From: a virus
IMG/VR virus record: IMGVR_UViG_3300045988_076157
Location: 1-52,063 of that record
DNA length: 52,063 nucleotides
Reading direction: 5' to 3' (one strand)
Shown: one piece after another, positions 25,273 through 32,540 of the stretch
Layout of the letters: the number at the start of each line of letters is the position of its first letter
How positions within the stretch are numbered: position 1 is the stretch's first letter
The notes under the pieces: generated by a model
Seen by the model: only the letters and a program-made list of their open reading frames with translations
What the model was told of the DNA's origin: nothing
Databases searched by the model: none
Made by a program: the position numbers and the translations under genes

Positions 25273-26549
25273 TATGATTCTCCTTTCCGACTATTTCTGG
25301 GCAGATACTTGATATCTGCGACCTCATACACGTCCAGAGCATACCAGATAGCCGAGAAGGTATGAGGGTCTATATTAAACTCGTCATAGACGAGATTGCC
25401 TTGGTTGTCCTTGGCATAGGTCAGAGTACGAAGTTCTCGTATTGTGTTGGGACAGTTGGGACTACAGATGATACGCCGGAAACGCTTGACCTTCCTTGTA
25501 TTCGCCAGTCTTGAGCCCGCCCATTTGTGGCACCCACGCATCCTGAAACCGGATTGACGATAAAAGGCGATGGCCTTGGGGTCTTCACAGTCGGCGATAA
25601 TTTGTACCTTGTCCAATCCATCCTTTTTGAGCTCCTTTTCCGTCTTGTCGTCTGTCATCTTGTTCTTGTAATACTCATAATAGATGTACAGAACCTTGGC
25701 TGAATCGTCCACAGCACACTTGATTACAGCATTGTAAGACTCTTCAAAACCGAAGTCCATACCACAGAATCGGAATTTCTCAGGGATACTCTTAACCGCT
25801 GCAATCACATCAGCATGACTCTTGGCAACCTCAAACTGAGGCAGTACCTGTCTGCCATTCAGACCGAACCTACCAAGACGAGCCACCCTATACAGGTCAG
25901 GGTCATACTCCCTCATCTCATTCAGAGTGTCTATGTAGGATTGAGGGAGGAACAGGTTGTCATCGGCAACGCTGTGGTGATAATAGACCCCGTTCTTGAC
26001 GATGGTACGCCGCTTGTACAGCAGCTCGTCGTCTAAGACAACATGTTCCCGCCCCTCTTCGTCTACGCGCTTGAAGAAGTGAGTATAGACCCAGTTTTCC
26101 GTACCTACGGGATTGGTACTCATGATGAAGTGCAGAGGCAATGTGGGATGACGCAGACGACCGAGGAGCTCCTTGTAACCGTCGTACTTGATTTCTGAGC
26201 ACTCCTCAAGCCATACAATCGTCACGCCGTTGATAGACTTCAACTTGCTGGGCTTATCCATTCCCTTGAAGATGATTTTGCTACCATTGGGGAACCGTAT
26301 ACCGAGGGGAGATGTGGTGCAGCGAACTTTTTTCGCGCTCTGACCAATCAAATCCAGCTCATCAAGGATTTCCACCAGCAGGTCGTAGCAGGACTCTCTC
26401 AGGGTATCATACACCTCACGCACAACCAGCACCTTGCGCTTCTCCATAAGACACTTGAAAATGATTTTACAAGCGATGTGGTAAGACTTGGACGAGCCAT
26501 ATCCCCCTACAAGGAGATATTTACTGTAATCCCAGTCTACCAATCCCAA
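25272..26549 (-). CDS. terL: Terminase large subunit (PBSX / Terminase_3-type), N-terminus disrupted
   Basis: Walker [12 protein letters not shown] and nuclease-domain length. As drawn it starts at a TTG with no RBS. The true ATG and RBS lie in another frame at 26593. Confidence 0.85.
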   Translation of the reverse strand: MGLVDWDYSKYLLVGGYGSSKSYHIACKIIFKCLMEKRKVLVVREVYDTLRESCYDLLVEILDELDLIGQSAKKVRCTTSPLGIRFPNGSKIIFKGMDKPSKLKSINGVTIVWLEECSEIKYDGYKELLGRLRHPTLPLHFIMSTNPVGTENWVYTHFFKRVDEEGREHVVLDDELLYKRRTIVKNGVYYHHSVADDNLFLPQSYIDTLNEMREYDPDLYRVARLGRFGLNGRQVLPQFEVAKSHADVIAAVKSIPEKFRFCGMDFGFEESYNAVIKCAVDDSAKVLYIYYEYYKNKMTDDKTEKELKKDGLDKVQIIADCEDPKAIAFYRQSGFRMRGCHKWAGSRLANTRKVKRFRRIICSPNCPNTIRELRTLTYAKDNQGNLVYDEFNIDPHTFSAIWYALDVYEVADIKYLPRNSRKGES

Positions 26550-26593
26550 AGAAAGTTTTCAAATCTGGGATTCACTTCTTTGGTGATATTCAT
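26537..26593 (-). CDS. 18-codon [21 protein letters not shown] = displaced N-terminus of TerL
   Basis: Strong RBS GGAAGGGGGTGG 5 nt upstream of the ATG at 26593. The frame is broken by a 14-nt segment bounded by TGGGATT direct repeats. Confidence 0.5.
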   Translation of the reverse strand: MNITKEVNPRFENFLWDW

Positions 26594-26623
26594 GAGACCA
26601 CCCCCTTCCTTATTATATAGGTG

Positions 26624-27208
26624 TCAGAAACTCTCTCCAGAGAGCAGTCTTTTCAGCAGCTGTTCCTTGACTTCTTCAACTGTACCTCGATACTGCGCTT
26701 CACGTTGCTCCATGTCTTTCAGAGCTCTCATAAGACGTCTATTTTCCGCAGCCAAAACCATGTTCTGTTCTTTGAGAGACACAACCAGCTCCTTCTTCAG
26801 AAAACTTGCCTTATTCTGTTGAAGTTGTTCATACCCAGAAAGAACCAGCTCAATGGCCTCAGCCCTATACCGAGATTCAGAATTGATATAGTAACCGTGT
26901 TGCCGTATGGAGGGGAGAACCTCGTCAAATACCCAAGCCTCAAATTTTGTGGCTTCGGGTAGCTTGCTGCGAATAATTAGACGATATACGTCCCCTTCCT
27001 GGATGTACCGGAGATTCTGTACACCGCCTTCAGTCTTGGTAGGGATTAGTTCAGTTTCTCTGCGAATGTGACGCTTAAGAGCTTGTTTTACGTCAGAATA
27101 CCCGAGAGCACGAGCTACATCAATCCCACACATCAAGATTTTGCCATCACGCTCCGCAAAATGAACTTCTCCAAAGAGAGAATTCGTACGAGAGATAATT
27201 GTGTTCAT
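26624..27208 (-). CDS. Bro-N domain protein (antirepressor-like) with a C-terminal coiled coil
   Basis: FGEVHFAERDGKILMCGIDVARALGY...GGVQNLRYIQEGDVYRLIIRSKLPEATKFEAWVFDEVLPSIRQHGYY matches the Bro-N pattern. Start trimmed to the ATG at 27208. Confidence 0.85.
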   Translation of the reverse strand: MNTIISRTNSLFGEVHFAERDGKILMCGIDVARALGYSDVKQALKRHIRRETELIPTKTEGGVQNLRYIQEGDVYRLIIRSKLPEATKFEAWVFDEVLPSIRQHGYYINSESRYRAEAIELVLSGYEQLQQNKASFLKKELVVSLKEQNMVLAAENRRLMRALKDMEQREAQYRGTVEEVKEQLLKRLLSGESF

Positions 27209-27231
27209 GTAAGTTTTCCTTTCATCTATAT

Positions 27232-27261
27232 AAAGGGGGGGTTGAAACGACCCCCCCCTTT
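27232..27261 (-). terminator. G7/C8 hairpin terminator between terS and the Bro-N gene
   Basis: Minus strand reads GGGGGGGG-TCGTTTCAA-CCCCCCC followed by TTTATAT. Confidence 0.6.
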
Positions 27262-27285
27262 CCAAGTACAAGGGAGGAATTCCTC

Positions 27286-27984
27286 TCAGTCGTCTTTCGC
27301 TTTTGCTCGGACTACGTTGATTGTGATAGAGTCATCTCCATCACCCTCTTCAAGCAGCTTTTTCTTCATGTTGAACTCATCCAGACGCAGCTTCATCTCT
27401 CGGCTCATTTTGTCAATTTCAGCACGTTCCTTGGAAGTTACCCATTTGGCACCATAGGCACAGTCAAGGACATGCCTTGCACCGCCCTGACCGTCTCGAT
27501 CATACAAGCGGCTCTCAACATACTCCTCAATACGCTGCCTTGCGTCGTTCAAGACGCGCGCAAAAGTTAGTGTATCATCCGTGTCACAACGCATTTCATC
27601 AAGGATTACATCGATAGCGCCTCCTCTGTACTGCATCATTGTTACAGTAGATAACCCCAAGGCTCTTGCGAAGCCAGAGACCGTGTATGGGCGAACTTGT
27701 ACTCTTACAGGCTTTCCGTTCTCACCCATAACAATCTCACCGTTCTTGTTGAACGTGTAGCCCATACAGCTCTCGAAGTATGCATCGCACTTAGCCTTCA
27801 AATCCTCTACCGACAAAAATAAAGGTCGCTGTCCATTATCCTTGGCAGCACTTGGTCTAAGGGGGAGCCAGATACCTCTGAAGTCTATCTTCACATGCCG
27901 TTCATCAACCCATAGGCTGCGTACAACCGGGTGTTTGGGAGCATCGATCACTACTTTATGAATAAGCTTCGCACTGCCAGTCAC
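27286..27984 (-). CDS. terS: Terminase small subunit (Terminase_2-like)
   Basis: KCDAYFESC...RPYTVSGFARALGLSTVTMMQY...ARQRIEEYVESRL fits the TerS HTH pattern. First gene of the minus-strand arm. GTG start. Confidence 0.7.
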   Translation of the reverse strand: MTGSAKLIHKVVIDAPKHPVVRSLWVDERHVKIDFRGIWLPLRPSAAKDNGQRPLFLSVEDLKAKCDAYFESCMGYTFNKNGEIVMGENGKPVRVQVRPYTVSGFARALGLSTVTMMQYRGGAIDVILDEMRCDTDDTLTFARVLNDARQRIEEYVESRLYDRDGQGGARHVLDCAYGAKWVTSKERAEIDKMSREMKLRLDEFNMKKKLLEEGDGDDSITINVVRAKAKDD

Positions 27985-28013
27985 GTCTATTCCTCACTTT
28001 CCAGTATCCGGGG

Positions 28014-28196
28014 CGATTACTATCCGTATACCCCCGAGAACTCCAAGTATTTTCACACTCTTATCATACTACTTTTCTTGAAAAAAGTAAAGCTTTTACC
28101 GGCAGAAGTTACATTTTTAGCTAAAATTTTCTCTTAAAGAAACTCTTCGACTAAAAATACCTCTCGAGAAGAAACTTTCGATTACTATCCGTATAC
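28014..28196. repeat. 18-bp perfect direct repeat CGATTACTATCCGTATAC (28014-28031 and 28179-28196) bracketing the terS promoter
   Basis: Exact match read from the sequence. One copy is in the terS leader and the other lies upstream of the promoter. Confidence 0.85.
28064..28092 (-). promoter_or_regulatory. Consensus phage promoter TTTACT-17-TATGAT driving terS
   Basis: Minus strand reads GCTTTACTTTTTTCAAGAAAAGTAGTATGATAAG. Confidence 0.6.
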
Positions 28197-28231
28197 TCCC
28201 CAATAAAGTTTCTCCTAAAGAAAATTTACCA
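28131..28231. repeat. Three copies of TCTCnnnAAGAAA(C/A)T... upstream of the terS promoter
   Basis: TCTCTTAAAGAAACTCTTCGA (28131), TCTCGAGAAGAAACTTTCGA (28162) and TCTCCTAAAGAAAATTTACCA (28211). Confidence 0.6.
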
Positions 28232-28240
28232 AGATTGGGG

Positions 28241-28703
28241 TTTCATCTTAAAATTAGGCGGAATTCCTTGGTTTTCGCCTAATTTCATCTTAAAATTAGG
28301 CGGAATTTTACAAGTTACAAGTTGTTGGTATTTTCCAATACTTTACTCCGTGAAGTAAAGCAAAATTAGGCGAAATCACCCCAAGCAAGTCGTGGTTTCA
28401 AACAAGTTTGCATCTGGCCTAATTTTACACCTTCCTACTTCATTATAGAGAAAAATTTATAAAATAATAGAATAGAGAGAGTATAAAAATGCATATATAA
28501 TAATATCGCCGGAAAATTAGGCGGCCGCAAACCCCACATATTACACGATTTTCACGCCTAATTTACCTATTTTCACTTTTCCCCGTGAAGTAAAAGCCAA
28601 GGATTTTCCGATTTTTCACCCCTTAAAAGCCCGATTTCCGCCTAATTTTCTCCATAATGCGCCTATTTTTCATTTCCCCGTCGAGTAAAAGCCATGATTT
28701 TAC
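28241..28703. repeat. Iteron-like array: at least 7 exact and 2 degenerate AAATTAGGCG sites in both orientations, plus 25-bp and ~36-bp longer repeats
   Basis: Plus orientation at 28251, 28293, 28363 and 28514. Reverse orientation at 28276, 28555 and 28639. Degenerate copies at 28416 and 28660. 25-bp direct repeat at 28241-28265 and 28283-28307. CCGT(G/C)(A/G)AGTAAA(A)G occurs three times (28348, 28583, 28678). Confidence 0.85.
28441..28510. other. Very AT-rich tract in the centre of the iteron array (candidate DNA-unwinding element)
   Basis: CATTATAGAGAAAAATTTATAAAATAATAGAATAGAGAGAGTATAAAAATGCATATATAATAATAT. Confidence 0.45.
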
Positions 28704-28764
28704 AAGCCCAACCCTGTACCCCAAAAATCGCGAAAAAATTTTTTACAAAATTTTGAAAAACCCC

Positions 28765-28793
28765 TTTACTTTTGAGAAAATCGGAGTTATAAT
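28765..28793 (+). promoter_or_regulatory. Consensus phage promoter TTTACT-17-TATAAT (early arm)
   Basis: CCCCTTTACTTTTGAGAAAATCGGAGTTATAATATACCTGTAAGT. Confidence 0.6.
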
Positions 28794-28801
28794 ATACCTG
28801 T

Positions 28802-28902
28802 AAGTTGAACTTACGTGGAGGATAAAACAGACGCTCCTGAGCAAGACCTTTCTGCGGGAAAGTGAGTCAGGAAGCTGCGAAAGGCGAACCTCAGTTCAAC
28901 TT
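28802..28902 (+). other. Structured ~150-nt 5' leader of the first early gene (nested helices)
   Basis: 10-bp pairing AAGTTGAACT (28802) / AGTTCAACTT (28893). It encloses TCCTGA/TCAGGA and CTTTC/GAAAG helices. A competing local hairpin GTAAG-TTGAA-CTTAC sits at 28800-28814. Confidence 0.3.
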
Positions 28903-28950
28903 CACCCCATACCACTTCTAAACAGTTCGAATCTGAAAGGAGACCACACT

Positions 28951-29370
28951 ATGTCTACTACCCGCCGTACCATCGCCAACAGTGTTGACCTGTCCATGAG
29001 AGTCCTCAAGCGCAGATACGAGGACATCGTCGCTTATGGCGAAAACACTACCAACGACCTTCGTATTGCGTACAACATCTACAACCAGATTATGAACATG
29101 TACCGTCTTCTGCGTACAGTTCCTGCATACTCCGACGACCCCGGAGCTGCCGCCCTCAGTTGTGCAGTGAACGAGGCCGTGGAGAAGAACATCCAGGAGA
29201 TTGAGAACATCTTATTCCGCTTCTATGGTATACGCTACTACTACGCAATGGGATATTATGGATGGTATCACGCTGTTGATGAGTCTCTCATTCCCAGATA
29301 CCAGCAGCCGGAGCTCATTCGTAACTTCCCCTGTTCCATCTGCTTCCCTACCAAGGAGGACAATGACTAA
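28951..29370 (+). CDS. Hypothetical early protein (139 aa)
   Basis: RBS AAAGGAGA. First ORF after the early promoter. Confidence 0.7.
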   Translation: MSTTRRTIANSVDLSMRVLKRRYEDIVAYGENTTNDLRIAYNIYNQIMNMYRLLRTVPAYSDDPGAAALSCAVNEAVEKNIQEIENILFRFYGIRYYYAMGYYGWYHAVDESLIPRYQQPELIRNFPCSICFPTKEDND

Positions 29371-29486
29371 TGGACACCACTACTCTCATCTTTGTGATCA
29401 TTGGTGCCGCTACCATGGCCTGTTTGCTCGGTAAACTCATCGCATACTTGGACAATCCCCGCCGGAGAGGAGGTGACCGTACTTGA
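29370..29486 (+). CDS. Small single-TM peptide (38 aa, MDTTTLIFVIIGAATMACLLGKLIAYLDNPRRRGGDRT)
   Basis: Below the track cutoff. RBS AAGGAGGA 9 nt upstream. Its stop overlaps the next start (TTGA). Confidence 0.45.
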   Translation: MDTTTLIFVIIGAATMACLLGKLIAYLDNPRRRGGDRT

Positions 29487-29695
29487 GCACCATATTCCCC
29501 ACAGCTCCGTGTAAGGACTGTCCTCACCGCTCCGTCAAGTGTCACTCTACTTGTCAGTCCTACAAGGACTACATAATCCAAAAGCAGAAGCACACCGTCA
29601 TGAAAGCAGCGTCCTCACCCGACGTGAGTACTGCTGCCTCGAGCAAATTCCTCTCATCCTATTTCGCCCGCAAATCTCGGGGCGGGATAAAGTAA
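29483..29695 (+). CDS. Cys-rich small protein (CKDCPHRSVKCHSTC)
   Basis: TTG start after GGAGAGGAGGTGA. Contains one copy of the 21-bp repeat also found at 1397-1417. Confidence 0.55.
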   Translation: MSTIFPTAPCKDCPHRSVKCHSTCQSYKDYIIQKQKHTVMKAASSPDVSTAASSKFLSSYFARKSRGGIK

Positions 29696-29750
29696 CACTC
29701 CCTCTCTAAAACAGCACCTCGGCCATTTTAACTTGAAAGGATCGTGCCCT

Positions 29751-30032
29751 ATGGATTTTGAACCGATCACCCGTCAAGAATTTGACATCCTATCCTCACC
29801 CCGAAAATACTGCACGCCGCACAGTGTAAAACGACACCTGGAGGACTTCTTGAGCCTCAACTGTTTCGCAGCGAGAGTAACTATTTCTCCTGGAGAGTAC
29901 AAGAACACAGCGTCACTGAGATCATCACTCAGTTCAGCCGTCCAACGATACTATCGCCAGACCATACAGGTGCTCCTCGTCCAGAACGAGGTGTATCTGA
30001 TCAACACGGGATACAAGGAGGAGGCACAATGA
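29751..30032 (+). CDS. Hypothetical protein, tandem paralogue 1
   Basis: ATG at 29751. Shares ...DFL..C.AA+V...LINT with the next gene. Confidence 0.65.
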   Translation: MDFEPITRQEFDILSSPRKYCTPHSVKRHLEDFLSLNCFAARVTISPGEYKNTASLRSSLSSAVQRYYRQTIQVLLVQNEVYLINTGYKEEAQ

Positions 30033-30319
30033 AGTTTACAGATTTCTGTACCGACATAACACAACTACCCAAGCAGAACTACGCACAGCCTCGTCCGTAC
30101 AACTGGACTGATCTGAAGCGGGAGTTGAAGGACTTTCTTAACATAGGGTGTTATGCCGCCAAGGTATCTGAATTTTCTCAACGAGACATCCGATCTGCTA
30201 GAAGAAGCATCGAAAGTTGTGCCAAGAGATTCAATTTCCCTATCCGTGCTGTACACATCAATGGTGAGTTGTGGCTCATCAATACATCAAAGGAGGACAA
30301 CAAACATGCAGATTCTTGA
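30029..30319 (+). CDS. Hypothetical protein, tandem paralogue 2
   Basis: RBS GGAGGAGG. Paralogue of 29751-30032. Confidence 0.7.
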   Translation: MKFTDFCTDITQLPKQNYAQPRPYNWTDLKRELKDFLNIGCYAAKVSEFSQRDIRSARRSIESCAKRFNFPIRAVHINGELWLINTSKEDNKHADS

Positions 30320-30641
30320 GAACATCCAGACCCTGTCGGACTTTCTGACCAAGGAGACCTATCTTATCCTTGAAAACAGATTCCGTAACAAGCCCAGACC
30401 CATCCGTCGCACTGTGTACAAGGTCAGCACCGACATCGTCAAGTACAATAACTTCAGGCTCCCACGCCTCGGTAACGAAACAGTCGTAGCATTCTACGAT
30501 GAGGGTAATGACATTGAGCCGATCATGTTCGTGTCTGACAACTTCTATACCCTGTACCACACCAGGTCCCTGTGGAAGACCATCCAAGAGGACTGTAAGA
30601 TGGCTTACGACCTCAACCACATCCAGCTCATTGATTTTTAA
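30306..30641 (+). CDS. Hypothetical protein (111 aa)
   Basis: ATG at 30306 after AAGGAGGACAACAAAC. Confidence 0.65.
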   Translation: MQILENIQTLSDFLTKETYLILENRFRNKPRPIRRTVYKVSTDIVKYNNFRLPRLGNETVVAFYDEGNDIEPIMFVSDNFYTLYHTRSLWKTIQEDCKMAYDLNHIQLIDF

Positions 30642-30655
30642 GGAAGACAACAAAC

Positions 30656-30964
30656 ATGAAAGCTAAACAGTATGCAAGCGAGTACGTCGCCAAGCTCAAT
30701 CACTCCAAGACCGAAGAAGAAATCAGCCACATCACCGTGGAGTTGCTCATCCAGCTGATGAAGGAGGGTGAAGACCTCAAGCAGAAACGACACGTAAAGT
30801 TCGACAAGGGATTCATCCCTATCTGCAAGGAGCTCAATCAGAAGTGGAACGTCATTGCTGACCTCGTTGAGAAAGAGATGGGTATGGAGGTTCTTAGACC
30901 TAACGCATACAGAGACTTCCTGTTCCTGAAAGTACCCGGTATGGAGGAAGCATGGAGAAAGTGA
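30656..30964 (+). CDS. Hypothetical protein (102 aa)
   Basis: ATG after AAGGAAGACAACAAAC. Confidence 0.7.
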   Translation: MKAKQYASEYVAKLNHSKTEEEISHITVELLIQLMKEGEDLKQKRHVKFDKGFIPICKELNQKWNVIADLVEKEMGMEVLRPNAYRDFLFLKVPGMEEAWRK

Positions 30965-31140
30965 GTGAATCCACCCTGCTGAGATATGGGTCGGTGCTGA
31001 AGAGTAACAACTTCACCACCTCCAGAGGGTTCTACACTCTCCGCATCATCAGTTACGAGGGCCAGTTGTATTTCCACAAGATGAAAGACGGAAATCTGGT
31101 TGAGCTCATCAACCTTATAGAAATGGAGAAACGAGTATGA
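30952..31140 (+). CDS. Hypothetical protein (62 aa)
   Basis: ORF track entry. Start ambiguous (ATG at 30952 or GTG at 30961). Confidence 0.55.
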   Translation: MEKVSESTLLRYGSVLKSNNFTTSRGFYTLRIISYEGQLYFHKMKDGNLVELINLIEMEKRV

Positions 31141-31382
31141 TGACTATAAACATCGGTTACAACAACTTTGTTAACTCAGAGCATGTTGTGGCTATCGTCA
31201 GCCCTGAATCTGCACCCATCAAGCGCATGGTGCAGGAGGCCAAGGACTCTGGTCGTTGTGTTGACGCTACATATGGTCGCCGGACAAGAGCTGTCCTCGT
31301 CATGACCAACGGATCCATTGTGCTGTCGGCTATTCAACCTGCAACCATCATTGATCGTAATGCCCCGAAGGAGGTGGAGTGA
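31137..31382 (+). CDS. remA: RemA/YlzA-family (DUF370) DNA-binding regulator homologue
   Basis: INIGYNNFV...[55 protein letters not shown] aligns closely with B. subtilis RemA (INIGFGN...[34 protein letters not shown]...LSAVQPET). Confidence 0.9.
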   Translation: [81 protein letters not shown]

Positions 31383-31456
31383 TGGTGATAGAAGCCTTGC
31401 TCATTTATGGTATGCTCTTTATGTCAGCAGTATGCATTATTCTAATCTGGAGATAG
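31382..31456 (+). CDS. Possible 24-aa hydrophobic peptide (MVIEALLIYGMLFMSAVCIILIWR)
   Basis: TGATG overlap with the remA stop. GGAGGTGGAG upstream. Below the track cutoff. Confidence 0.3.
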   Translation: MVIEALLIYGMLFMSAVCIILIWR

Positions 31457-31467
31457 GGGGACAAGAA

Positions 31468-31671
31468 ATGGACGCAATCAATGCGTACATCAATACTTAT
31501 CTGGAAGCAGAAAAGCTTGTCAGAGACGTAACTGAAACATTAGGGCTTGACGCGGAACTAATGATGGCGAAAGCGAAGAGACTGGCACGGGAAACAGACC
31601 TTTCAACTGTGGAGGCTCTTCATTTCGTAGTCGGTCAAGTTGCCGGTGGGAAATACAAGGAGGACAAGTGA
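31468..31671 (+). CDS. Hypothetical protein (67 aa) ending YKEDK
   Basis: ATG at 31468, within track ORF 31318-31671. Confidence 0.6.
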   Translation: MDAINAYINTYLEAEKLVRDVTETLGLDAELMMAKAKRLARETDLSTVEALHFVVGQVAGGKYKEDK

Positions 31672-31862
31672 TGAAGCCTATTGCTTTTGATAAGCGTATA
31701 TGTGTCTGTGGAGGAACAAGATTCCACATGATGCCCAAGAAGTTCCTCAACGGTCAAACCGCTGTTGGATTATACTGTTCTGAGTGTGGGCAGTGGCAGA
31801 AGTGGATGAACAAGAGAGACCGTAGTAGATTTGAAGCTCTACAGTATAAGGAGGACAAGTGA
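31671..31862 (+). CDS. Zinc-ribbon protein (CVCGG...CSECG) ending YKEDK
   Basis: ATG after AAGGAGGACAAGTG. Start overlaps the upstream stop (TGATG). Confidence 0.65.
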   Translation: MKPIAFDKRICVCGGTRFHMMPKKFLNGQTAVGLYCSECGQWQKWMNKRDRSRFEALQYKEDK

Positions 31863-32143
31863 TGAAAGAGTATATTGATCGGGCGAAGTACAGAGAAAGG
31901 TTAAGCAACCTCGAAAGCTGGTGCCAAGACCTTAGAAAGCCAGGGCTGACACAAGCGTTGCAGATGTTCGACGAAATCCCCACAGCTGATGTAACAGAGG
32001 TGATACCCTGCAGAGAGTGCATTCACTATGAGCTAGGTGTTTGCCTGAAAATCTACTCAGATGGCAACGCGCACCCAGAGGCGTGGCAGAGCCGCAGGCC
32101 GGAGGACTTCTGCTCCTATGGGGAGAGAAAGGAGGCAGAGTAA
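31862..32143 (+). CDS. Small protein with the CxxCxH[YW] motif (PCRECIHYE ... FCSYG)
   Basis: Identical junction cassette AAGGAGGACAAGTGATGAA. 93 aa. Confidence 0.65.
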   Translation: MKEYIDRAKYRERLSNLESWCQDLRKPGLTQALQMFDEIPTADVTEVIPCRECIHYELGVCLKIYSDGNAHPEAWQSRRPEDFCSYGERKEAE

Positions 32144-32466
32144 TGGATGCCGTGAGGTTTTTGGAAGAACGAAAGAGAATGTTCAAGAATGGAAAACCTA
32201 TACCAAACCTTGACGTTGATATCACTTACGATTCCGAGATGGCAGTTAAGTTCGTCGAATCATGGTCTGCCGCACACCCTCGCAAGACGCGGCAGAGCGT
32301 GTTTCTGGAGCAGTTCCCAAACATCGAGCTTGACAGAAATGGAATAATTAACATTTCACCATGCAGAGTGGACCCGAAACAATATTCATCCAACGGCAAG
32401 AACTGCTGTAAATTTCAGGCTTGCAGTGACTGCCGCCGCGAGTTTTGGAGTCAGGAGGTAGAGTGA
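32143..32466 (+). CDS. Hypothetical Cys-containing protein (107 aa)
   Basis: TAATG coupling. RBS AAAGGAGG. Confidence 0.65.
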   Translation: MDAVRFLEERKRMFKNGKPIPNLDVDITYDSEMAVKFVESWSAAHPRKTRQSVFLEQFPNIELDRNGIINISPCRVDPKQYSSNGKNCCKFQACSDCRREFWSQEVE

Positions 32467-32540
32467 ATGACAACTTCGGTAGAGCTATGGCTTGTCCAAA
32501 CTGCGGCACGAAGATGGACGGAGGAAAGGAGTGAGTTTGT

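Noticed and set aside
26601-26623. TATAAT hexamer just upstream of the terL RBS as a promoter
   Set aside because: No acceptable -35 element or TTTACT motif lies at 16-18 nt spacing, so it is probably a chance AT-rich hexamer.
28241-28703. Repeat-rich non-coding region that could superficially look like a CRISPR array
   Set aside because: The repeats are only ~10 bp, or irregular 25-45 bp units. They occur in both orientations with irregular spacing and no uniform repeat-spacer periodicity. No cas genes are present.
28096-28760. Spo0A 0A boxes (TGTCGAA) in the hub region as targets of the phage Spo0A-C protein
   Set aside because: Only partial matches were seen by eye (for example AGTCGAA as the reverse complement of TTCGACT near 28147, and GTCGAG at 28680). 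This is not enough to claim sites. A proper matrix scan is needed.
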